From Camelus ferus (Eukaryota): a stretch of 64,000 bases of DNA. The stretch spans positions 6,760,001-6,824,000 of the forward strand of contig NC_045697.1 of NCBI RefSeq assembly GCF_009834535.1, given 5' to 3'. This document shows positions 12,820-23,336 of the stretch, in pieces. Position numbers and translations under genes: made by a program. Numbering within the stretch: position 1 is the first letter of the stretch; every line of letters begins with the position of its first letter. The notes under the pieces were generated by a model, which ran no database searches, was not told the origin of the DNA, and was given only the letters and a program-made list of their open reading frames with translations.

Positions 12820-13010
12820 AAATTGCTACTTACCTGTGTTATATACTTAGAAAGCATTTTAACTTGTCTGAGCTTCTTTATTCATCTTTAAAATGTGGAT
12901 AGAAATACCTATCTTCTAAGACTGTTGTGAATACAAAATGAGGCAATGTTACATAAGGTGCATGATAAATTATCTGGAGTCTATGGAATGCACTCTTTGC
13001 AAATTCTTGT
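12820..13010 (+). mobile_element. MIR SINE
   Basis: ttaacttgtctgagcttctttattcatctttaaaatgtggatagaaatacctatc...ctgttgtgaatacaaaatgag. Confidence 0.65.
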
Positions 13011-14609
13011 TTTAGCTTCCATCCCTCACCATCCAATTAGACATATATATATGCAGATGGGCCAATTATATATATACACACACATATATATATATAAATT
13101 ATATATATATAAAATTTTCCCCAAAATCCAGTTTGGTGGAATTATCATTAGAAAAGGAATTTTCTAGCTGAGAAAATACTTTCTAACATCAAAAAGGAAC
13201 ATTTAAACTACAATTATGGGCACTAAGAGCACACCTCTCTTTCTAATTCTGGCAGAAAGAAAGGAAGCAAGATACTGGGTGATAATGGGATGACCCTAGA
13301 AGACGATCATGTTCACTAATGTACCAAATCAAATGAGCTTTCCACGGTCATCTGCCTTTAATGTGAACAGAAATCTAAGTGACTGGGGATATACCCCTTA
13401 CAAGCATAATAGCTTGGGTTTCTGGAGAATTTGCTCTGCCACCTGCCTCTTCTGAGAACTGGAACTAGTTGACGAGCCTCTCTGAGCTTCACCCCCTCTA
13501 CTAAGAGTAGTAAGACGTGGTTGAAAATGCCTCTCTTGCAGATTTGTGATGAGAATCAAATGATCACTATAATGTGTGCTACCTGAGAGCAAAGACTGCC
13601 TCCACCCAGCTTACGGCACTTGGAATACGTGTCACTTCTCTTTTTCCCTCCCTCTTTTTCCTTTTCCTTCCTTGGCTTTGTGTTTCTCATCTGTTGTGTG
13701 ACACTGTCAAAGCCCCATCAGCGTGGGGTCAACACAACAAAGTTACTTTTCCATTAAATAACCAAATTGGACGGGCTTATTGCTCTAGTTACCCAAGTAA
13801 CAGAACTCAACTTTTCATGTCTTCAATATGCTGGGATTTCTTTTACTACATTGTTTAAGAGTCAGTAGGGGTCTTGTGTTCTTACCGAAAACTGCTTTTT
13901 TTTTTTTTTTTTTTTTTAATCAGGGTCGCCATCTTGCAGCTGTTTGACAACCTGCCACTAAACCCTGTGGCAATGGGCTCCCAGTTGAGCTGCTGACTCT
14001 GGAAGTCTGGTGCCTTCCTTTCTGCTCCCCTTCCCACTTCCCAGGCCTTGGTGGTTCTTGCAGTCCTCTCTCAGAGTCCTTCCTGGCCATTCTGTTTAGG
14101 CCCCCAGATACATCCTCAATAAGATATTTTAGATTTACAGAATCTGACCATTTATTTCCAAGACACATATGCACAGTGCCAGAGTTTTGATCTCAGCTGC
14201 ACAGTGGGAGGGAACCATCTCTTGCAACTGGCTGCAGCCCTGCGGTCTGCCCTCCACTCTTTTCACAGGGGAGGCCTCCTCTTAGGGCTTCTCTGCTAAA
14301 TGAGTGAGATACGTGGTTTGGATGTCTGCCCTACATTCTTCAGGAGAGCCTCTGAGCCCCAAATATCAGTAAATACATTGGTTGTTGTGTGAGAACAGCT
14401 CTTCTCTGCCAGCTCTGGAGCAGCCAAATTTCCCTGCTCTACTCAGCTCAACTTTCAAGACTGCTGTATTTGAGATGGAATTGAAGAGCAAACAAGCCAC
14501 TAAGCAGAAGCAGGTTGGGAAGCATTCTAGGCCAATAAAAGACACAAGGTTGAAAACTCACACTGTATTTGAAAAGCAGCAAATATTTCATTGCGTGCAG
14601 AAAGTAAGG

Positions 14610-15110
14610 CGAGTGACGGGGTCACTAGCAGAGAAGGCTGAAATTGTCCTGAACTCTGTAGAACTCAGACTGTGACTGTCTTATCAGGGAATTGGGGGTT
14701 TGTACTATGGCCAGTGGGGCTACTGTCAGAGAGTATTTAGCAGACAGCAGTGGTGTTGATCTGATAGCATCAATACAGCACTTGAGAAGGTGGAGTCGAA
14801 GCCTATTCTGTTGATCCCCAGTTCTGCTGACCATTGGGACCCCTGCTTGCCAGTAGATACTTGGCTATAAATTCACCCAGGTGGGTCTATGAAGCGGTAA
14901 GGACGTCCCAAAGATTTCTGCATTAGCCTCTTCTACAGTCTCAATCCAGCAGCAAGATACGCTAGCTCCAGGATCCCTCAGCAAGTGCCAACTCTCTTGC
15001 ACTTGCCAGGACTGGTAGGTGTAGACCAGTTGTCTACAGTCTAAGTCTCACAAGACTCTGATTCCATAACCTTTATAGGAGTTCTGCTTCCCTGATTGAA
15101 CCTTGATATG
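14610..15110 (+). mobile_element. Old MLT2E/F-like LTR
   Basis: 3' end ttctgcttccctgattgaaccttgata is characteristic of old MLT2; TATA-like ggctataaat inside. Confidence 0.5.
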
Positions 15111-15712
15111 AATGTCTATCACATTTTGTTTATAGTATATTCAAATACTGATCTAAAATTTTGCTATTCACAAAAGGTTATCACTTTCACAACTTCATGA
15201 ACTGCAGATGCTTAGCTACATTTCAAAGATGAAAAGTTTAAGGCTCAGAAAGGCGAAGCAAGCACACATCTTGTGAAAGGGGCAGGTAAGCACTTGACCT
15301 CAGGATTCCTGATGACGGTCGGCTTCTAGCTGCAGGTTGCCACACACAAGCCCACCAGTGGAGGATGTACTGCTGTGGCTCTAAGCTACAGTTGTAGCTT
15401 CTTGTCCATTTTTTTTACCAGGCTTCTCTTGTTCTCTTAGGGCCTGGGGTTTTGACTGAGGTCATTGCACAAGGAGAGGGGAGATCCTGAAAGATGACCG
15501 TCTGATTCATGTCAGGAAAACCACCGCTAAGCGCTTCTTGTAAGCTCCAAGGCATGTGTTCATTGTGGTCAACCACAGCAATCATGTTCACATAGCCTGG
15601 TTCACTGAGGAACAGCCAGGGAGATGGGGGTGGGGTGTGGTGGTGGCTGTGGCAGACGTTGTAAAGATGGTCTCTGAGTCAGAATTAGGCTGTGTAATCA
15701 GCAAGCACAGGC

Positions 15713-15713
<1 letters not shown>

Positions 15714-15753
<40 letters not shown>

Positions 15754-15757
15754 ACAC
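15714..15757. repeat. (CA)n microsatellite
   Basis: About 21 units with one GA interruption. Confidence 0.95.
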
Positions 15758-16385
15758 CAGCCAGAGTTCAGTCTGAGGCAGCACCTCCATGAATCAGAGT
15801 TTAAGAAGATTTAAATCTTAGACAACTGGTTGACATTAGCCAGCCCTGGCATGGGTGAAAAAGTGAGAGCTTGCAGGACTGTCTCAGAGCCAGCACGTCT
15901 AGTTACTGGATTGAGACTACAGAAGAAGCTGGATTAGAAGTCTGTGGAAGGTTGTGCGCTAACCGTGGATCTGTCTCTGAATTTGCAGCAAAGCAACACA
16001 CACTTTACTTACTCAAAGTTACTGTGAAAAACTCATATTTCCTTTATTGGCTTGCCTCTTCTGTTTGGAGAATTTGACATTAGATTTTCCAGCATTAAGA
16101 GCTAATCTTCCCAGAAACAAGAGTAATAAAAACTTACTGTAACAACTGTTTCTTCTGCTTTAATGGCAGTCTGATTTTTCTAAAGCACTTTTACATTCGG
16201 TCCTAACCACAAGGGGTGGGAAGTGGGGCTGCAGTGCTGGCCGGAGCGACGTTCCTTCCTCTTTAGCAGAATGTGAGCTGAACTGATAAAGTGACCTAGC
16301 AGATTCAGGACTTAAATGTAGATTCCACTAAGGGTCCATCAAATGAGTAGTTGTCCTTATGCTACTTCTTTTTAAAAATGAAACA

Positions 16386-16774
16386 AGATTCCACATATGA
16401 GCGATCGCATATGGTACTTTTCTTTCTCTTTCTGGCTTACTTCACTTAGAATGACATTCTACAAACAAACAAACAAAAACAAAGCGTAAATACAGGACAG
16501 AAATAGACTCACAGACAGAGAATACAGACTTGTGGTTACCAGGGGGGTGGAGGGTGGGAAGGGATAGACTGGGATTTCAAAATTGTAGAATAGTTAAACA
16601 AGATTACACTGTATAGCACAGGGAAATATACACAAAATGTTATGATAACTCACAGAGAAAAAAATGTGACAATGAGTGTGTATATGTCCATGAATGACTG
16701 AAAAATTGTGCTGAACACTGGAATTTGACACATTGTAAAATGATTATAAATCAATAAAAAATGTTAAAAAAAAA
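16386..16774 (+). mobile_element. Young L1 3' end with 5' inversion
   Basis: 16386-16460 is antisense L1 (reverse complement agaatgtcattctaagtgaagtaagccagaaagagaaagaaaagtaccatatgcgatcgctcatatgtggaatct); 16461-16774 is the sense continuation to AATAAA and A-tail; TSD about aaaaa(t/a)gaaacaa. Confidence 0.9.
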
Positions 16775-18162
16775 GAAACAAAACACAACCAAAAAAACCT
16801 GTGTGTCAATATATGTATGCACAAAAAAATAAATATATCTTAGACACCTTATTTGAATTCTAAACGAATACAACTGATATTTATTCTGGATAGGGTAGCA
16901 TCTGGAAAGTGATTTCAATAAATCATCAATATACCTAGAGTAAGATTTTTTAACTTGGTGCTCATCCAGGCCTAGGCTTCTGGAAGTTTTTGAATCCCTT
17001 AAATTACAAACAAAATGTTGACAGTACGTGTACCCAAGAGGGGCTGCCACATAGGCTGTTTCTGTGGAGGTGCTGGGCATCCTCCTCCAATACACTCCTA
17101 GTACTAACCACATGGCCTTCCAGGGTGGGAGAAAGTACGTCTGGGCACACGGTCATTTCCTTAGACAGTGTGAGCACTAGAGGAGCCTGGACAGCTCTCA
17201 GGCCCTGAAGGGTCGAATCGCTCTGATACATTTGTGTTCAGCTCCCAGCTTTTGGTGTGGGAGGAATGTGATGGAGGCAAGCCATCTTCCCCCCGGGAGC
17301 CCCAGCTGTTGGACCCTCCCTGCTAGCAGAGACGTAAAGTAGCCCGCTTGCCAAGGGCTCTGAACACAGCGCACCCCAGTCCAAGGACTTCCGGCTAAAA
17401 AGGAGGAAATTCTAAGAAAATACGGTAAAGGAACGTTATGTAGGTTTTATGTAGACTCTGAGTTAAATTGGATATTATGTCATTTGCTTGTCCTGGGTGC
17501 ATTACTAGATTTTTATTTTTCATTTGACAAATCATTTAATCTTTGCACCAAGTTGGTTCAGCTGGCAGTTTTAGCCCATTTATAGGTGAAAAAAAAAAAA
17601 AAAGCCTCAAAGAAGGCAGTTACTTTTCCTGGACCCAGTAGTGAGATGAGGAATGTATCCCCCTGGTTAATAGTCACAGTGAAGGTTCCATCACCAACAG
17701 GCTAATGGGGGGGATTTACTTTTGATTTCTTGTTCTCACAATCGTGTGTAAGGAAACAGTCCTTACTGCAGAGCAGGCATTATTATCAAAGATGTGTGTA
17801 GCTGTGTGATTTTAGGGAAAAGCAGGAATTGATCTAAATCTTATTACAAAGTAAATTTACTCTGTACTCTGAACGTACATTTACAAACAATTTGGTATAA
17901 CATAGAAACATTCTCTGTTATAACTAAACAAAAACAATAGGTACAGAAATTTCTATATTAAACTCACCTATATCAAGGAAAAAAAGATATTAAACTTGTC
18001 TAAGCTGGAAAAGGTAAGAAGATATTTACCGTATTTATATGCTAGCTTTTATTATCTTCCAAAACTTTGAAAATGGTCATGGATTGATTTTATAATGGGA
18101 AAAAATGGAATGAATCAGGATTCAACAGCACCAATATTGGGTATATACTCTGTCCTAACTAG

Positions 18163-18541
18163 TGTTACAGGCTCAATGTTTGTGCCCTTTGAGAATTCAT
18201 ATGTTGAAGCTCTGACCCCCTAATGTGATGGTATCTGGTGGTAGGGCCTTTGGAGATTATGAGGTCGTAAGGGTGGGGCTCCCGTGATGGGATTAGTGCC
18301 TTCCTTAGAAGAGGAAGACAGTGGTCTCTGCCTCCATGCGTACACACAGAGGAACGGCCACGTGAGCACATGGAGAGAAGGCACACATCTGCAAGCCAGG
18401 AGGGCGATTCTCACCAGGACCAGAATCTTCTGAGCCTTAATCTTGGGCTTTGCAGCGTCCAGACTATGAGAGATACATGTCTGTTGCTTAAACTGCCCAA
18501 GGCATGGCATTTTGTTATGGCAGCTTGAGCAGACTAAGACA
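18163..18541 (+). mobile_element. MLT1A-type MaLR solo LTR
   Basis: tgttacaggctcaatgtttgtg...tttgttatggcagcttgagcagactaagaca; TG...CA ends; 5-bp TSD actag/accag. Confidence 0.9.
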
Positions 18542-18577
18542 ACCAGACGTTGATATAAATGCTTTTAATGTATCAAT

Positions 18578-19034
18578 TGACAAAGACTCTTTCCTTGACT
18601 AACCTTTAGTCCGGCTCCTCTGAGCCTTTTGCCCTTGTTGGGCCTGCATAGCCCAGTTTTAACAAGAATTTGGCTAAGCCAGTTTAGTGAGAATCCTTCG
18701 CCACCCTTAATATACAATCACCCTTGATATCTGATCAAATTCCTCATCCTACACACTTGATATCTGATCGTCTTGGCCTGCCTTTAGCAAGAATTTTATT
18801 GAGTTGGTTTAGCAATAATCCCTCTACCATTTGATAGATATCTCCTCTTGGTAATGATTTTCCATCCAATGACCCCCAACTCTGCCCACTGGCTATAAAT
18901 CCCCAACTGCTTTTGCTGTACTTAGAGTTGAGTCTGGTCTCTCCTCCTTATTGTGATAGTCTTGACACCAGTTGCAATAGTGCTAAATAAAGTCTTCCTT
19001 ATCATCTTAACAATGTCATAATATTTTTAAAACA
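18578..19034 (+). mobile_element. MER31-type ERV1 solo LTR
   Basis: Begins tgacaaagactctttccttgactaacctttagtccggctcctctgagcc; repeated cttgatatctgatc; ggctataaat TATA and aataaa present; ends aaca. Confidence 0.85.
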
Positions 19035-19205
19035 ATTCATTTAAACCTCTAACAACAATCTAAGGAGATGTCATTATCCCACTTTATAGAAGAGGAAACA
19101 GAGAAATAGAGGGATCATGTAACTTTTTATTGCTTACTCAACAAGTAAGTGACAGCCCCAGGATCTGAATCTAGGTAGTACAGCCAGCGCAAGAATTTGT
19201 ACCAT
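19035..19205 (-). mobile_element. MIR SINE, remainder of the element interrupted by the two LTRs
   Basis: tcatttaaacctctaacaac...cattatccccactttatagaagaggaaacagag...caggatctgaatctagg. Confidence 0.7.
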
Positions 19206-20293
19206 TCTGCTGATTTCATCTGGGTCCTTTCTTGGACCACACTCCTTATTTCCCTGTAGGTTCTTTCTTTCAGGTCATTTCCACCCAGCTGATATTCGCA
19301 AGCTTGTTCATCGAGTGCATTTGCATTTCTCCCACGGACTCTGGGCTGGCCCTTTCCCATCACCTCTGTATATTTATTAAGTGTGTCGAAAATGCTCCAC
19401 AAATATTTGCTCAGTTTAATAAAAATGCACATAATCACAGCACTTGGGAAATACCTGGTAACCACATATCTGTTAAATTGGACTTTTATAAGCAGTTTTA
19501 GATTTATAGAAAAGTAAAGCAAAGAGTACAGCAGCTCCCATATAGCCCTGTCCTAACCCCCAGTTTCCCCTAGTCTCATACTTTTTTGGGCAAAAAATAA
19601 AATGGGATGAGATTGAAGAAGAGGGACAGATATGTTTCAGTTTGCTCCAGACCCACTAATGCATATTAGGGAAGGTCCTAGCACTTTTCTCAGGTCAAGA
19701 ATGCTCCCGAGGACTTTGTTTCTTTGGCTCACATAAGTAGATGTTTAAGAAATGTCTGTTGAGTAAATGAACTAAGTGTCAAGCACAACAGGAAGAGGGA
19801 GGGAGACGGAGCCAGCTCCCTGGGAAGGAGGGGAGTTTGGTTATGCTGAGCTTACTTTATTTCTTCCCCTCCCACTTCCTCCTGCTTTTTAATGAGGCTG
19901 TGTGGGGTGTTGGTGCAGGGAGGACTCTGGGGTCATGTCATTATCAAACTTTCCTTATCAATCAGCATGTAGGAGCCCTGGAGCATCAGTGGTACATGAT
20001 GCTTTGTATTTTTGCAAATGCCCTGCTCTCTGCAGATCTGGATAGACAAACTAAAGAGCTAACATGAAAAATAACTTACAAAATAAGGTGAGACAGAGAA
20101 GTGCCAAATGAAATGGGGAGAAATGGAAGGGCCACATGATCTCAGAGCAAAGAGGGAAGGATGGGGAGAGGTAATTCAGGTCTGGAAATATAGCTTCACT
20201 TGGTCAGAACTGCAAATGCCTTTAACGCTGGCTACCAACCTCACCAATCCCTCCAGACATGTGTTTCTTGAGCTGCACAGACACCAGACATGT

Positions 20294-20385
20294 CAGTGGT
20301 TCTCAACTGTGGCTGCACTTTAGGAACCTCATTCAGATCTTTAAAAGCCACAAGATTCTAACATGAGGCCAAGAGAGAGAAACTG
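20294..20385. mobile_element. Short MER5-like hAT remnant
   Basis: cagtggttctcaactgtggctgcac...gattctaacatgaggccaag...gagaaactg retains both MER5-type ends with the interior missing. Confidence 0.5.
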
Positions 20386-20886
20386 AGAGAAGAGAAAGCA
20401 TTAAGAAAAGTGCATATTGGTGGGTAGCTGGTATAAGCAGAGGTAGAATTCACGTAAGGCCTTTAGGGAGGAGAGAATGCAGTGAGAATAGAGAGAGTGT
20501 TTGTAAGGCAGCGGTTGGAAATGAGACTGGAAAGGTAGCTGAGGACCGAGCTTCAGGCATCCCTTAATGCAGGCAAATAGGTTTCTCCATGCCACAAAAG
20601 GGAGCCACAAATTTTTAAGCACCAGCTAAATCCCAGGCACAGGCATTTCACTTTATCTTTTTATCCTCACAATAAATGTACTCTTCATGTCTGCAATGTT
20701 CCAGGAACTCCTAAGGAGATCCAAACAGTCCATTTCTCTCCTTAATTCCAGCAGGGGAGATAAACTAAAATCGAATAATCAAAAATTAATCAACTAATTA
20801 ATGTTAAAAGTCCAATAAGCAAATAAACAAGCAAAAATTGCTTTCCATCAGAAACGAGTGCTGTGAATGAGTAAGCAGTGTGATGG

Positions 20887-21656
20887 TTTTGCTGAAACTC
20901 AGCCTCCGTACCCCGCTTAGGAATTGAGAATTAAGGACAGTTTTGGATGAAGTAGAAAAGGCAGCTTTATTTCTTTGCCAGGCAAAGGAGGTCACAGTGG
21001 GCTAATGACTCTAATACTGAGAGCCTACTGGGGAAGGAAGGTGGGGGTTTTATAGTAAAAGTTCAAGAGTTCAAGGGGCAGAGATAGTTTCCATAGAGAT
21101 CAAGTACAGGGTAACAAATTGTTGCAAAATTGTTCCTGTTTTTGTAGATGCAGTGGGTCCCTTCCCTCTGCTGGGTATAAAGTTCACCTCTGGCTTTGGG
21201 ACTCCCTTAATATTTTTGTACATAAAACAAAGGGTGCATAGGAAGGGGCTCCATGGAAAAGAGCTCTAGAGAAAAACTTATGCAGTTTAAAGTTAGTTTG
21301 ATAAATGCTTTTAGCTTTTCAGCAGACTGAAGCCTGGGACCACCTGCTGCAGGCTGAAGTTTGCAGCTTGAACAACAGGATATAAGGAAACCACAAGGGG
21401 GTCAAGAGGAGAGCACTGGTGTCAAGAGGAGGGCACTGGGGTTAAGAGCAGGGCACTGAGCATGATCCCTGCAAGCAGCACCAGCATCACAAGGGAGTTA
21501 GGTGGACCATCCAAGCCTCCCTTCTTTCCAGCCCAAATCTGGTCAGCAAGAGCATGAGAAAAACCCTTTAAAACATTACAGAGTTAAGCAGTTATAAAAA
21601 CCATTACAGTTATCAGATGGTCACCAATGATGACAATAGGATCTTGCTTGGTTAAA
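20887..21656 (-). mobile_element. ERV1-type solo LTR, laurasiatherian or lineage-specific
   Basis: Antisense poly-A signal (agctttatttctttgccaggcaaagg) and TATA (ggttttatag); far end gatcttgcttggttaaa; candidate 4-bp TSD atgg/atga. Confidence 0.7.
21401..21460. repeat. 3 x 20-bp tandem repeat inside the LTR
   Basis: gtcaagaggagagcactggt / gtcaagaggagggcactggg / gttaagagcagggcactgag. Confidence 0.9.
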
Positions 21657-22779
21657 ATGAGAGACAGGTTCCCAGTAGTTAAAACAGTCTACCACGACTC
21701 TTAATAAGATCTTCAGTTCCTTCAGAACCTTCTATGACCCTCACAGCACAGAGCAGAGCAGTGATGTGAAGAGAGAAAACTCAAAGGATGAAAGGGCATG
21801 CTCTCTGGGCTCTCATTTAAATCTTTACTTGTGCCCACCAGCTGGGAGATCTTGAGAATACTCTATATCCCCTTATAATAAACATGGAGAGTGAAATCTC
21901 ATTTCACAAATCCAAATGCTCGGATTTAAAGGTGGGATGGGTGTGCCATCTACCACAGTTCTTGATACATACAGGGTGCTTAAAAATGGTCTCCTTTCCT
22001 TCATTGCTTCCATGTACACATCTACAAGCAAGTCCACATACACACACTCCTGACTGCTGACCGTCAGGACCCAGATAGCAGGTCTGTTATCTCTTCTTAA
22101 AGACAGCTGCAAATATTAGGGGAACACAAAATAGCCCACTGATCTCTGTTTAGCTGTTTCAGAAATTATTTTCAAGTGAAATTACTTACTGGGGGATTGA
22201 TACTGCAGCCGCACACCTGAGCAGTTCCTTCTGCAAACTGGCAGTTGTGTGAAACGTCCTCTCTGGACGGGAGTGATCATTGGTCCCACTAGGTAAGAGT
22301 GGCAGGAAGGACATCAATTCATAGCTTGTCTCACCTTTATGGCTGATCCTTAAAGGTTTGTTTATCTTGAGACTGAGGTGTCCTCTGGGGTTACACAGAT
22401 GCTGTTTCTGAAGCCAGATTTCCTAGCAGTGAATGATCTCCTAGGGAATTAACAGGGTCTGGTGGAAACCAGACCAGCTTAGGCATGGTCACATTGGCCT
22501 GTGTGTTTCTGTGAGATGAGGTCACCCTTAACCCCCTCGAAAAACGTATGACATGACCTTAATAAGGCAGGTCTGTATCGCAGTCCCCCTCTCAAGGCAT
22601 TACTTAAGATAGTGTTTCTCTTCCTACAAAGGAAGTAAAGTTAGATGAGAATGAGTGAACTAAACAAGAAAGTAAATAACATATCTCCATTAGCCGCTAC
22701 CACTTTATGAGTTTTGAAATATTAACATGTTTTTCAAAACTCAGCCCAGTGACAATGCCATTTGTCACTATCCAGAGGT

Positions 22780-23336
22780 GAAACTGTACTATAATTTTGC
22801 AAAGTGCTACTATTGGGGTCAAGCGACTGAAGGGTGCACAGGATCTCTGTAATATTCTTACAACTACATGTGAACCTATGATTATCTCAGGATAAGAAAT
22901 TTAACTTTTAAAAAGTGACTTAGGAGACTAACAACCAGATGCAATGTGTGGACCTTGTTTGGATCTTGACTCAAATGCAAATTGTAAAAGGGCATCTTTG
23001 AGTCAACTGGGAAAATATAGAACCAGTACCAGATTAAATCATGGAATTTTGTTGTTGTTGTTGTTAGAGGTAATAATGGCCAGGTGGTACTGTTTTTTAA
23101 AAAAATGTCCTTGTCTGTTAGATATGCAGACAAAATTATGCATAGATTGAAAAGGCATTTTATCTGGAATTTGCTTTAAAGAACTTAAGGAAAAGGTGTG
23201 GGGTCAGAGAGAGGAGACAAGATTGGTAAAATGTTGAACATTGAAAAAGCTGAGTTGTGGTTGGCTACATGGTGGTTTGTTATACTTTCTTGTATATTTT
23301 TTAAACTTCCATAATTTAAAAAGTCAAAAAAAAAAT
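22780..23336 (+). mobile_element. Old L1M (L1MC/ME-type) 3'UTR fragments
   Basis: gaagggtgcacaggatctctgtaatattcttacaactacatgtgaa and aaccagatgcaatgtgtggaccttgtttggatcttgactc...tatctggaatttgctttaaa...ttccataat plus A-tail. Confidence 0.75.

Noticed and set aside
21401..21460. Regularly spaced repeats as a CRISPR-like array
   Set aside because: Contiguous tandem units with no spacers, inside an LTR, in mammalian DNA with no cas genes.
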